Under the pieces are notes generated by a model. It did no database searches. It was not told the DNA's origin and saw only the letters and a list, made by a program, of their open reading frames with translations. Shown here piece after piece: positions 49,687-63,500 of a stretch of DNA of 64,000 nucleotides (position 1 is the stretch's first letter; each line of letters begins with the position of its first letter). Source of the stretch: Blasia pusilla (Eukaryota); the NCBI GenBank assembly GCA_050084515.1, contig CM114271.1, positions 34,286,001 through 34,350,000 on the forward strand, in the 5' to 3' direction. The translations under genes were made by a program, and so were the position numbers.

Positions 49687-52600
49687 TCACTTCTTGGATT
49701 TTGTAGATTTTGTGACAGGCTTCCCTTGGGCTTTCTTTTGGGGTGCTGCCCCTTTGGTTGGTTTGGAGTCAGGGACCTGGGAAATCCCACGCACCACAAA
49801 ATGAGCAGCACATATTACAAAATTCTTAACAACCACTCTCAGAAGCGTGAGCATATTATTTAGCAACCAAGTCCGCATCAACAACCCAGCTGGGAAGATA
49901 GTGAGCAAATATTGCATTTGTCAACACATGCTACGTTTTGATTACATTGCAACCATATCAACACACATGTCATGTCTAGCGTGTGACATTGAAACTGGAG
50001 GACTTCTCACCTTCCGCTTTGGTGCAGCAGAGGCTGTCTTATTGGGCATGAAGAATGACTCGAGCCTATGATTCAAACACATCAGACATTAAAATTTAGC
50101 CCAGCATGGATTGCAAGACATATTCCAACTCCCCTGTTGTACTGTCCTACCACCACAATATGGGAGTACGTCTGGCAATTACTACACGAACTGAAGTTGT
50201 GTGGACAAGGAATTCTAACAAGGCTCGAGTGCATACCGTCCTTGAGAAGACTTATTCTTGGCCGACTTTATTCTCTCTATCCCCTGAGAAGGACGAGCTT
50301 TTGATCAGCCTAAACACACAGCTCATGTGACAGCAGCCTGGGTAAAAGAAGAAACATTGATCCTTTCCTAACCCACCAGATTCACAGCCAGTTCACCCAA
50401 AACCAAATGCAGCATGCAAACAACACAAAACTGCCTCAAGATACCTTCATGATTCGATCATGATTGAAGCCATTTTCATCAACCAAAAACTTCTTCAGTC
50501 CCTGCCAAACCATCCAGAGTGAAGATGTCATGAACTTGGATTCTCAGGTAGAACAGAGGTCTAGAGAACGCTCTATTGTGAGATCATGTAGATCCAGATG
50601 ACCTTTTAATCAACCATACGAATCTGATTCGTATGGTCTAGGCATGTCCATTGTACCACCAGTAAGCAAGAGCCATGGGAGAAGAGCAGTCTGTAAGCCA
50701 AGGCAAGAGAGAAAACTGTTGATAGTATCTAGCTCACATAGAAATAAAACTGTGATCTAGATACTATCAACAGTGCATAAAAGTAGATCCCCAGGAGAAA
50801 ACAACATTTAGTTACCTCTTCATCGGGAGCGACCCACTTAAACTCAGGCATCTCACTTGCAGGTGTCACAACCGGTTCCTTAAAAAGTCTTCTAGCTTCT
50901 TGGTAAGGCCAGTTGTCTGGGATCTGGTACCTGCTCCAAAGTAGGGATAATTGATATCAAGCTGTGAGTCCATAATTTTATATTATCGAGAAAACATGTA
51001 CTTCTACACCAACTGCTGAAACAGTAGGTAGAAGATCAGAATTTCGGAATGCCTCATGTTTCATGATTGGAAGTTGTAGGATTAGGTAATGCATGAGAAT
51101 GCACATTCCAGCTCCAACTATGCTTGAACTGACAACGCTGTCATATCTCAGCTTTAAAAATTCTAGAAATGAAGCATAAACAAGAATACCTATCCTTGTT
51201 GATGTTCTCCAGGACCTGTTCCAAGGACCCATGTTGGCGGATAAGTTTCAGAGCTGTTTGGGCTCCAATACCTACAGTCCATTTCTTGCATGTGTTATTA
51301 TCTGTCAGTTAAATCTATGGTCACACAGACATCAACATTTAATTGGTGCTTGGAGAGTCTTTTATGACTCTGTACTAGAGATGAACTGCGTTTCCAAGCC
51401 TTAGGCATGATCATCTCAAAGCTGGCAAAACTCAGGGAGTGCACCCCTCCACAAAATATTCAAGATCAGAGATATCCAATAGCGCTAAAGCACAAATACC
51501 ATTTACAAGAGTCCTGAACTTTCACAATAGGATCTGACTTATGCATGCCTTGGTGCCTGCACCACTGAAGATAAAGAACTCCAGGATATCTTCTAAAGTA
51601 AATGTATGTCAGTCAAACTCTCCAGGATTACGGTAGCATACGGTCCAAGACAGCCTAATGTCGCATCACAAATATGGCATGAAGGAGAAGGAATGATAAA
51701 TTTGCTACACTAATACCTTTAATGGTGTCGCAGTAATCACACCCACAAAGTATGCACATGTCTATGAATTGATCCATTGTGAAGTTCAGCTCTTCTAGAA
51801 CCTGTAGAGGAATGGAGTAGCCCAGTCAGAATATCTGAATGTAGACGTAGTGCACATTGGTCATCTGAGACCTACCCAGGCTCTTCCCACCCCACAGCTC
51901 CAAGCAAAGTTCTGATTTGTAGATGTGTTTTCTAAAGTTGACTTATTACCTTAGCCACGTCAAATTCCATTACAGGCATTTTGCGAGATGTTGGCTCCAT
52001 CAAATGACGCAAGAATTTGGTGGCACCAAATGTTAACGAGTCCATGTCTTCCGAGGCCACGGCAAAAACCTGATCAAGAAGTGGCACATTCACAACAGTA
52101 AGTCCATGCATTCAAAATTCAGATATTCAGTAGACTTGAGGTCTACCTTGTTGAAATTTGTTAATATCTAGTTTAGTCATGCTCTAAAAGTAGTTAGTCA
52201 GATACTAACTTAGTTGGATACTAATTTAGTTAGCTAGAGATAACTTAGTGTTCCTCTATCTTTTTAGGGTAACCTTGAATTAGGGCAATTCTCGAGTTAG
52301 GGTTAGCCACCATCTGTTATTTAGGGTATGGATCTGTTCAAGAAGATCTAAGGGCCAGAAGTGCTCACCCTGATGTATATAATGTCTCTGTTTAGAGAGC
52401 AGAAGCCAATTCTACAGCATGCACAGTTTTGGTGAGTACTCCTGAGGCTCTTGGTCCTGCTGCAGAGTGATCAGAGAGTAGGAAGAGGAGATTGAGACTA
52501 ATTGCTGTGCTTGCTAGAGCCTCACTGGAAGGCAGGTTGTTTTGTCTAGTATGCTGATGGAGATTGTTTGTGCTCAATGGTGAGCCATGTCTGATCTCTG

Positions 52601-55600
52601 AGCTGGTGACATGTGAGGACCTGTAGTGTGAGTGCAAGGTGTGGCTGAGTAGAATCCTTCTTAGTATCTCTTAGATAGTAAGAAGAGTCACATCATGGTA
52701 GGGCTCTGATTTGGCAATAGAGATAGGAACTGATTTGCTGATTGTGTACAAGCTGAAATCATGGATGGTCTAGCTGATGCTAGCTCTGACTTTGTACAAG
52801 GAGATACTTCTGCTGGTCAATCATTTTCTCATACCTTGGCATCCACATCAGGGGCAAGCACTGTTTAGCACATCCACATACAATTCGCAAACCCTTTACT
52901 CCAGACCTACTGAATCCAACATTTCTAATACGCATACCTTGTTGGCCTTGCACAATGCAGCACACTCTGCTTCTGCTTCAGATGGAGCCTAATTCAACAG
53001 CCACAAGACGAGTGAGTCCCAGGCCAAAGAATATCAACAACCCTGCGACACTTTAGTTGAATACAGATTGCTGGCTCACTTGTTACTTGAAAACATGACC
53101 AAATAGACACACTCAAAACCCGCATGAATTATAGAAAATGTACAACGGCGAGTAGGAGGTTAACCAGTTATGTCTACAGATACTGGAACCATTCAGGTAA
53201 GCAAAACACCAAACAAGGGTGCTGGTTTTCCTTCAATTCTTTCTCTTCTGAATTTCTTTTAGAGTCGAGTAATTTTACTCTTTTATTCTCAATCAACATT
53301 GAAGCATCATTATCTTAATGATGCTTACCTTCTGCCTTAGATCTGTACCCATACAGTTTCAAAAGAGCAGTGAAAGTAAGTCCATACCTCAACAACAGGT
53401 ACACCCATCAATCGCAGTAGCTTGCGACAGTCTTCATTGTGCTGCCTGGTCACCTAAGTGTCACAGCAATACCCAAACATGCTCCATCTGCTGATTAAGA
53501 GGGTTGCACGTCCAATGCTTCTTTACTGAGCATAGAGACCAAAAAACTGATAATCAACCAATAGAAGCCAAAATGGTGAATTTGTCATGTTGGAGGAACA
53601 ACTGACTCAACTTCATTCTTAAAACAAAACCAACAGGCATTGAGGTCTGCGACCAACCTTTACAGTTCTTTTACTGTATTTTTCAATGTCAGCCTTCTCC
53701 CCTGCCTGCATTCAAATGACAATGAAAGATTTAATGCAGGACATCAATACGGGCTGGTTGTTTTCCAGCTTTTCATACCAACACAAAGCAAAATCACAAG
53801 TCCTTCTGATGCAAAAATCAATGTTGTCCATCCTATTCTAACATCTTTGTTAGTTCATTGCCGGCAAGCTGTAACATAGGATCTGTTCCCTTTGAATTCC
53901 AGAACTCTTCATGCTACTCTACATGTATTTGAGGCGGGGTATCCCTGATCAGCAATATCAAGCGTTGCTGCTCCTCTGCCCAAAAAAACAAAACGAAAAA
54001 CCTCCTAACTGAGATTGGCAACATTTAGGGTAAAAACCGGTACTGCTACAGAACAAAGGTCCCTCTACAAAATTAACTTACAAGGCTCAATTTCTATAAG
54101 AGACGATATCCACTTGAGTACGTTAAGCAACAGGGAAAAAAACACAAATTTTGATTTCAATTTAAAAAGAGTAAATTTCTCTTCATCAAATCTTTCAAGC
54201 TCTACTGTAAATAATTGAATGCACAAACACCTGGCTAGAACCTCCAACCCCGTCCCTACAAATCTGGAGGAAAGTTTGCAGCAAAAAGCGTTCATCTGGG
54301 AAGAAAAGTCAACTTGGGAAGGATTTATTTAGACCTTGAGAGAAGTCCAAGATAACCATATCAACATCACCAATCAAACTAGTGAAAAGCAAGAATTTGA
54401 CCAGAATGTCGGAATTCTAGTTTCCTATCCTTTTAGGATACTTCCAACTAATTTGGACTGTCTTACAGTTATTTGGTACGACTTTGTGGGTTTTCTGGTT
54501 AAAAGTCCAATGTGTGTAAGATTTGAACAAAGCATATGAACAAGATTTTCGTCGATGTTCAGAGAAGGAGTCATAAAAAACCTCTCCCAAACCATTGATG
54601 TCTTAGATCTTCTCCAGTTTACAAATTCCCTCTTGCCGTTAAGATCAACATCCCAGTCATAGACCTCCAGGAACCAGTGGATAGAATGATCTATGTTCCC
54701 AAGACGAAAACATTGTACTTGGGATGAACAAACATCAGAGGGATATTTCATCTCATGAACAGCACAAGATTGATAAAAAGACACAGGATGCTTCAACTGG
54801 CGGCGAAGACTGATAGTCCCAAAGAATCATAACCAATCAGAACGAAAAGCGAAAACAGTTGTGGACAATGACGGAGCCACTAGGTGAAACACCAATCCAC
54901 CAAAATCTATTGTGGTGATTTCAATCGAGATCTTTTGTTGGCGCTAAAACTGTGGCAATTCTGCAGTAAACGAAGCCTCTTTATTGTAAGAGCAAAAGAT
55001 GTTTCAACACCAATCCTCTTGCAATGAAGATTTTTATGATTCCTAAAATTTGAACCTCATCAGAAAATTATTACGGATAGATTCTCAATGTGCAAATGCA
55101 AGTAAGTCGAATAGTGGCTAGAATTTTGACAGAGACCAACCAACCTCAAAGGTTTCTCTTTCATTACATGCTTGATATGTCACAATCAAGAAGAAAGGGA
55201 GCATGCAGCTTTACAACAGTCATCCCCCAGGCAAAGAAATTTGCTTTCGCTGGCTAATTCAAAGTTTACCTCCACAGCTTGTACAAGATCTTGCCCTGCA
55301 TCATCACGTCGTGCAAATCTGCACACAAGATATGCTCGGATAAAATGTCAGGAATGCCAACCAGAAAGAGTGGGAACTGGTCGTGGAAGAAGAACCGCAA
55401 ATTATGATCATTCTTCCAAAAAAAGTGCACACTTCTTATAGCATTTTCCAGAGAAAATGTGTAATTCAAATCCAACAGTAATTGGATTTGAATTACTGTT
55501 GAGGGACCAACCGTTTGGCCAGCTCTTCTTTCTTCAGATCGGGAGGCTTTCCATCAAATACATACCTGAACAAATAAACGATATTAGCTATTCAGAGTGA

Positions 55601-56457
55601 TGGACCACTGCATCAGAGGTTCATTTCAAGATTTCACTTCCAAGATTCAACCTGTAAGAACTACTTACTTACCGATCAGGACACAAAATGAACAGATGAC
55701 ATTTGGTAGCAGGGACAAGAAGTCACTTAAGGAACTACGTAGATGTTGTCAAACGATGCCAAGGAGCAGGTTTTACGTGGGGGAAGGCATCACATCCAAG
55801 GACGTAAGTATTAGAACAACTGGCCACTACGTCAGCGATAGTGCAAAGGTAAATATCTTACACCGGCTTGATGCCAGCCTCCAAAATTCGGATAGTCCTA
55901 GTAAACATCCCTTGAAGATGACTGCATGCACAGAACCAAATTATGAATTCAAACCTGGTCAATTGATTTCCTACGCTGAATGAAAGAACTACGACCATAG
56001 CAAATAATCATTCGCTTCAATTGACCAGCTGCCATCAAAACGCCAGGCGAAAAGAGCTGCAAGTACCTCGTGACTTCTCCAGCTTCATTCGTCAGCATTT
56101 CATTTCCTACTCGGCCGACAACAATCTGGTGCCCCAAAGCAGCCATGCACTGTGAGCGAAGTTCGAGGGAATTGCACTCAAGACAGGGCTGATTGTCATT
56201 GTCAACTACCTACCAGAAACTGATATATGCTCATACTAGCATCAATTGCAATCTTCCGCCCAAAATATCCCTCGAACTTTGTTTCTGTCATGCTCGAAGG
56301 AGCATTGTCTGCCAGCAGCTTTGTCAAGCCCTGCACAGAAGTATCAATCGCTTCCATTACCTCCGTCATCTCGTACACATTGCGTTCGAAGCCTACAAAT
56401 ACAAAACCAAAGGAAAATCCGAGAAACCGTCCAAAATGTACGCACCTTGATTCCCAT
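49687..56457 (-). CDS. FEN1: Flap endonuclease 1, 17 exons, 388 aa
   Basis: Exons: 56446-56457, 56214-56330, 56067-56125, 55862-55921, 55512-55565, 55270-55318, 53658-53705, 53388-53453, 52938-52988, 51950-52069, 51717-51801, 51190-51271, 50816-50930, 50445-50501, 50237-50283, 50011-50065, 49687-49776 (1167 nt, all GT-AG). Motifs: [39 protein letters not shown] and PIP box QGRLESFF. Confidence 0.97.
50715..50774. repeat. Inverted repeat with 24-bp arms (1 mismatch) in FEN1 intron 13
   Basis: ACTGTTGATAGTATCTAGCTCACA ... TGTGATCTAGATACTATCAACAGT. A second palindrome with 12-bp arms lies at 50613-50637. Confidence 0.9.
52149..52921 (+). mobile_element. Probable copia-type solo LTR inside FEN1 intron 9
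   Basis: Has TGTTGAAATT...AATCCAACA inverted termini, short repeats in the first 110 bp and TATATAAA near 52376. Removing it leaves a ~90-nt intron. The flanks TACCT and TTTCT are only a 3/5 TSD match. Confidence 0.6.
55461..55501. repeat. Interlocking double inverted repeat in FEN1 intron 5
   Basis: 15-bp arms at 55461-55475 and 55482-55496 overlap 11-bp arms at 55473-55483 and 55491-55501. Confidence 0.88.
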
Positions 56458-57129
56458 CACCTTCGCCTTGATTCCTTTCTTCCCGTGATCTCGTAGGAAT
56501 TTCTCCTCACGGCCCTCACCAAAAAGCACAACTTTCTGTAGTCATTTCTTCTCTAGAAGTGAACACGTCTACGAAGTTCGCGGAATTCGCACCGCTCATC
56601 CAACATTTACGAGAAAATGCTCCGTTATCGTAAGATCGTACTCGGGTTCTGATGTGACTTAGGAATCGAGCGCTCATTAGACGCGGCCAAGTCCCTCCTC
56701 GTCCTCACGACACTGCGCGTCCGCCCTTACCTCTCCAAGAATTGTCATCCCGATTTGTTTCCAAGTTGCTTCATGTTTCGTGCTTCATTTAGATCGTCTC
56801 CACCATTCGAGACACAAAGTGAGGCGGTACTTCACTCTTTCAAATGGGGCCTATGACAAGCTTTCCCTCTTCGGATACGAAAGTTTGGATATGTTTCCTA
56901 TGCCACCATTTACTTATCTTCCTTATTTTCATTTTAGAACATCGTCAAATAAAATCTAGGTCCATGTAAATATTATTTTAGTTCTTATGCTCACTAAGCT
57001 CTAACCATGAGATGTTGGTAGTAGGGGCGCATAGTTTTTCGGGCTAGTCAGTTTTCTTCCCTCACTCGGTAGGATTTGGTCGGAATTAAATATTACATAT
57101 TTCTAATATGTAAGGACCAATATTTGTCG

Positions 57130-58500
57130 ATGGAGGTTGTAGGTCTTTAGTCCCTTACTCCAATTGCTTGCATCATTATTTGGAAATGCGGATAGTAAAT
57201 ATGCATCACATCCTATGGGCATCCAAGTTGTTGGCAAGCCACTACGGAGAATATGTCCATCCACATGCATCTTACTCGAAACCTATGGTGCATGTGGCCT
57301 TTGTACCCTCGCATCCTCCTCCTCAACCAACCATACCTTTGGATGTGCATCCATCTCTTCACACCCTTGTGTTTTAGAGTCTTTGGCCAAACAAATGGTC
57401 CATCAACAAGTATGTCATATTACCCTCAATGTGCATTGGATCCTCCAAATATTGGATCAACATACTCACAAGGTCATATCATAAGTTATTTTAACAAGTA
57501 AATACTCAAAGATAAGCTGCCATATGCACTTGGATTTCCAAATATTTGTGTGGTAGGTAATCCAATAAGGAAATTTGTCAAGGCACGGCCCGTGCTTGAT
57601 TCCACACCTATTGTACGATATCTCATTCCTACACACACGATTATCCTCCACCAATCAATCTACATGTCATAGGAGATGGGACATCATCATTATCTATTGG
57701 CCCTCTTGCCAAGTCAATCATCATAGCATGCCCGTGTGGCAAATACTTGGAGGCACCAGTAAGTGGTGATCTCAACTCTCCGCAATACATTGCCTCCAAC
57801 CAAGGTCCATATGCAGGGCATGTTAACTTTCTTGAAACCTACAAACCTAATACTTATACCTACCCTATACAATCATATGCAAGAGGCATCATCCACAATA
57901 AAATTACTTGAAATCTAATGGCCGTAGGTGTTTTAAGATAATAAATCTTGCTATCCACGACACAAACTCTCTCCCACAAGGTGAATAACTCCTCCACATG
58001 TTGCTCAAAATATATCTACATGATGAGCCATCTTTGGACCTATAATGTATGTAATGCATTTACCTACGACCGTACGGTGACATCCCATTGAACACAATAC
58101 ACAATCCCATGTTCTAAGGCTTTCTTTTCAAATCCAATTTGTGTTCTTCATATAAGAGTGCACGCGAGAGTCCATCACCAAATGTATGACATCGTCAATT
58201 AACCAGTGGCATGTATGGAAATCCATCATCTCATCCAATCACAATACTGTAAAAGTGTGCAAGGATCATGGAATGATAAGGAATTGACCACAACACATCA
58301 CCTTGCATATCATCTCGGCATGGTGTGCCTCCACAACACATCTCCTTATATATCATCTCGACATGGTGTGCCTCCAAAATATGGGCAAAATCTCAAGGAT
58401 GACCGTACCCATGCCCATAATTTAAGAACAAGTTGTAAGGGCATCCATGTATGACCTTGTAGTTGAGGCTCATATGGTCTAATAGTTGTCGAGTGGTTGA
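57130..58500 (-). mobile_element. Heavily decayed retroelement remnant, possibly LINE/L1 endonuclease region
   Basis: Only loose fragments remain (PCLDKF resembling SRLDRF). There are many stops and the boundaries are approximate. Confidence 0.3.
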
Positions 58501-61500
58501 TCTTGAGTTGGGGGAAGTGTTTCCCTTTGGAACCAATCTATCATGCAATAGGAAAAACAATGAATCCATGAACATGTTGGAAATAGGAAATTCCTTATAA
58601 GTTTAGAAGAAGATTAAGCAAGATCTCTACCATGCGAGATGTTTGAGCACCCTTGTATAATTGAACTCGTGTATCCTCAACAAAATGCTCTCTTGGCTCA
58701 TGAGTTTCAAGGTGAAAGAAGTGCTTATGGAGGAATTGCTCCATCCATGTCACCATCATACAAGGCATCTAGGGCATCTTTAGTATACTCATATGACCAT
58801 TTATGCTTGTGCTTTGATATTCCATTTTCACTTGTGTATTCCCCCTCGTGCTTAGGGCTCCCTAAGTTGTCGTGCAATGAAGACATGGGCCCATCACCGA
58901 GAATCCATTTGGCCACCAACTCAACACTTCAGAGATGTAGTGCTAGGTCATTCTCTGAAGAAGGCAAGTTGGCACCCCCTACTGTGAATAAACACTCCAA
59001 CTTGTGATACCTAAAAGATGGGGGAAGCCTATACGCATAGGTTATGTAAATATTGGAGAAGTGTTTTAGTTGGAGTTTAGGATAATTTTATGTAGAAGTG
59101 TTGATAAATGAACATTCACAAACAAACATGACATAAAACATGGGATTTATCATACATCAGCGTTCAATGGGTATTATGATTTTTCATAAGTTCTCCCCAT
59201 TTGTAGCTAACTTATATTTCCTTTCCTATCTCTGTGGTTTTGGTAGCAATGGTGGAAATGTAAAAAGGCTTGTCCCATTGCACACCAAATTGCTCATGTT
59301 GGGCCTCAATATAATCCCACATGGCGTTCTCCTACATATTGTAACCAAATGATTGAACTTACCCCAAAATTTATTGAAACCTATGGGATTACCATCAATA
59401 TATTTTTTAAGGTGAGAGTTATGCACAACAATAGCATGAAGGGACAAGAGGTACTCCAAGAAAGACGAGGCCATATTAACCAACCCCCTCCAAGAAGTAT
59501 GGGAGTATATGGCACAATCTACACGAATAGGATGGGATAGTCATTCACTTCACATCCCTCACCATACACTATCTTATCTAACGCAAATACCCCCCACACT
59601 CGTGCCAACACCCAAAGTGGATTTTTTCACTATTTATCTCCTACCCCATCCCTTTATAAGCATGCCAATAGGGAGGGTAGATGGGCAGCCCTAGAGGGCT
59701 ACATGGTAGTCTACATAGTACACTCATGAACAACATATTAAGTCTTGCAAGGGTCCATGTCTATTGTCCACAATGCGTACATCCTTACGCATACGGACAT
59801 GAGATCACATAGCTTTGCTATGAAATATGGTGACTTGAGGGCCAACACGAGATGCGCAGGTGCTCGATGTCTGATGGTCAACCTCAATTTAAGAGGAGGC
59901 AATGGTGGCGGCGGCATGGCTTGGATAACTAACAATACCATCTCGTGAACTCGAGCATACATATCCACTCATGGTGTCTTAAAAGGATGCCTTCACTCGT
60001 ATGTTGGAGGTGTATTTCCAACACATCCTCTGGTAAATATGCATATGTATAAGGAATTGCATGTGTACACATTTAAATGCAAGAATATACCCAGCCTCGT
60101 GTAAAGAGAAATAGCATGCAAGCAAAAAACACAAGCTAGGCTTGTATGGGACCCACATGGTAAGGGTTGGATAGACCACATGCGGCAACATTGATATCAA
60201 TATTTCATACGCGCAACCACTAGTGCATTTGACATTATGAAAGGTGCATAACACTTTCCTTTGAGGGGATTCACATACATTTGCCTCGTTAGGCCTATGA
60301 GATTCTTGTTCAACCCCTACTTGAGTAGATTCGTAGTACTTGACTATATTATGTGCTCTCGTTCAAGGATCCTCATAAACTTTGGGAATAACCTCGAAGG
60401 CCTTCATTATGAAGTTATTTCCTCTTTGGTTGTGGCATTGGTAGACATGAGTTTAACAAATTTGAGGAACACATGGAAAATGAGGAAATATGGGAAAATG
60501 GAGGGCAATAGGGCTATATATACATATATTAATATCTATTTGCTAGGTTTTTGGCTCCATTGCGAATACCATGCGGTTCCAAGACACCTACACAAGTCCC
60601 AAAATGTGAATTAACATATATGGGTACTTTCACAACTTTGAATTCATTGCAATTCTCAGGAGTGGCAAACCCACTATTGCTTCTACCAATTGCAAAGGGT
60701 GGGGTTTGCATCTGCCAAGAGCCAAAAATGTGAACAACCAGTTGCAAGTCTCAAAATTTTCCCAAGGCTCACAAAATAAACTCGCATGTGACTCACATGA
60801 GACTCTTAAGGAAGCCACAAGGGACTCACATATTTACTTGCAAGGTCAACATGCCAATGTTATCCCTCTACCCCTTTCCCATCATCATACAAAAAGTATG
60901 CATGTGAGTAGCATATGCATATGTGTGATGTATGGGTGGACCAACCGCGTGCGCATATCATCAACACATTTGGAATGTCGTTATGGTGAAGTCTCAAAAT
61001 AGCTCATTGATCGCCCAAATTGCATGCAGACCATGATTTTTTGCTTCACTTCGGATCTTCAGCATGGTATGATGATAATGGTTTTGGAGGCGATGCGAGG
61101 GGTTCCTAATATAGAGGAGGAGCCAGAGGCGTGATCCTTGGGTAATTGTACACCCACAAATTGCAATGTTGCATAATGTGTGTTGATCTTACGGAGGGAA
61201 TTGGCACCTTTTGGAAACCCACAGAGAAAGCAAGTGGACTAACAACAGTGGGTAGAGGCATGATATTTGCCTCAAATACCAAAGAGGCCACACTCCTTTG
61301 GTCAAGGAAGAGCGTAGGCATTTCCGCATGCCTTAATGAGTTTCTCTTGCCTTCAAATGCACTTAGGATAGATAGATAGTTTTACATGTATCTTTCTCCA
61401 ATGCTTGACCAAATGTGGATATTTTATGCAGTTTGTGAAGGATGGGAAGTTCTTGACCCCATAAGTTTTGGATGATGTGCAGCAATTTTGAAAGACCCGA

Positions 61501-62599
61501 GAGGATGTCTTTTCCGATCAAGACATCTCCTACTTTAGTACGAATTTCTTATTGAGGAAGTTGTATTTTGCATGGATACTAACTCCTTGTTTGTATTATG
61601 GTGCATCATGCGATACGTATAGACCGAGAATGCATTCCTAATTTGATCGAATTGGATGCGATTACTATATCTGATCATTCATATGATGTCTCCTACAGTA
61701 AGGAGGAGGAGGAGGAGACTGCGGAGGATGAGGAGAGGCGACTTACTGAGCATTTTTGTTGCTCTAAGTAAGAGTAGGACATTCTCCTCCAATAGGGGAC
61801 TAGGTGAAGGCAATGGGCCTATTCATGGTATGTAGGCAAAGTAGTTCAAGATTTGGCGGTAGTAGCCCTAATAGGGTGTCGTATTGTAGGGGGCGTCCAC
61901 AAAGACTTATTCACGCTTTAGACCTTCTACATGTTCTTCGTATCCTTATGCGCATGGTACATTAGGTGTGGACCACCATTGTAAATAGGCTCCACTATGT
62001 GAATGTTGTTGTTGTTGCACAAAATTTCATTTATATACAATTTTCCTTACATCTTAGGTTTGAGTTCACTTGCATAATTTGAAATTTTGAATATATGCTT
62101 GCTGTTTTTTTTTAATATGAAAAAGTAACAAACAAAATTTTAAAAACAATCTTTTAGGTTTTTTTTTAATAAATTTTTTGCAAATTTTATACGAGTTTGT
62201 TAATTCATAATTTTGAAGAGTTGAAAATTTTGAGTTCTTTGCGATCCTTTTTGGAGTCCTTGTTAATCCATTTTGAGTGTAATAAGCAAGGATTGTGAAG
62301 TTTCATTGAAGTCGTAAGGTGCAAGTCTTAATCTCAAACGTGTGAGTCCAATACTTGCAATTATATGACGCATATACGACTCCAATGCGGCTCTTGGAAC
62401 CCACAAAGTGACTCCAAATGTAATAGTGGAGGTGTTCCAATAAGTGTAAGTCCCTATAGAGTGCATATTCTTCAAGGGTTAGGTCAAGTATTTAAGGCAT
62501 AACATAAATTCACAAGTGTTCAATAGTTAAAGGTAGAGGCTATAGGACATATCCCAAGCCCTACAGATATGAGTCAAGTCTAAACATTTATATGATTTA

Positions 62600-63500
62600 T
62601 AAAGTCATATTGATGGTATGAAAAGGGTTTTAGTGTGATCATAAGGTCTTTGCTCTTGTTGATGAGACTTGATAATGTATGGCATGGGGAAATGATAAAT
62701 AAGAAGTATTTCAAGAGCTCAAGGACATGTTAACCTCCTCGCCCATTTTATGGAGGCTTGGTAGGGGATTTTCCATTCAAGTTTCATACATATTAGAGGA
62801 GCAAAGGAAGTTCATTGTGGCTTCTACAAATCAATGGAATAACATTTCAAGGGCAAAGTATAGATCCTACACGGCAGAGTGCTTAACCATACTATGGGTT
62901 GTGGTACATTTTAGGTGTTATCTATCTTACAACCCTTTCACTTTTGTCATTGCTCATCAGTAATTTAGGTGGTTGATGGAGTCCAATAAGCTTACAGGGA
63001 AGCTTTACATGTGGGCTATTTTACTACACAAGTGTGATTTTCATGTGGTTTATGGATTAGATGAGTTCAATCCAAATAATGATAGGTTTAGTTGTTACCT
63101 ATATCTAAGTCAAAGAGATAAGATAGAAACTTGATGACATGAAGAGAGTGATGAGGAGATGGTGCCAAGTTGGCATCATTGTCCCTTCCTATATTCTTTG
63201 ATTACGTAAAGTTGAGAAGATGCAATGACTTCAACTAAGGGGTTGGATAGCGATTCTTTAAATCTTAAGGTCAATAAAGAGATAAAGGATAGTTAAGATA
63301 TCCAGAATGATGATGAGGTCGTGGAATATCTATACATAGATATCATAGTAAGCATAGAATATCGTACTTGTGTAGTAAAATAGTCCACCTGGAAAGCTTC
63401 CTTGTAAGCTTGTCGGAGTCCTTCCACCACCTCAACGATTATAGAGAGCCATGAGATTGAAGTGGAATGAGACACACATTTTATAGGTATGGGAATGTGG
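62600..63500 (+). pseudogene. Decayed gypsy RT-end/RNase H remnant
   Basis: FQELKDMLTSSPIL...YRSYTAECLTILWVVVHFRCYLSYNPFTFVIAHQ*FRWLMESNKLTGKLYMWAILL matches the gypsy RNase H pattern. Confidence 0.8.

Noticed and set aside
54425..54796. 123-aa ORF in FEN1 intron 6
   Set aside because: FEN1 is complete without it, it starts at TTG, and no motif is recognisable.
58500..62500. Short ORFs and a GAG-repeat tract near 61700
   Set aside because: There is no coherent reading frame or family signature, so it is likely decayed repeats.
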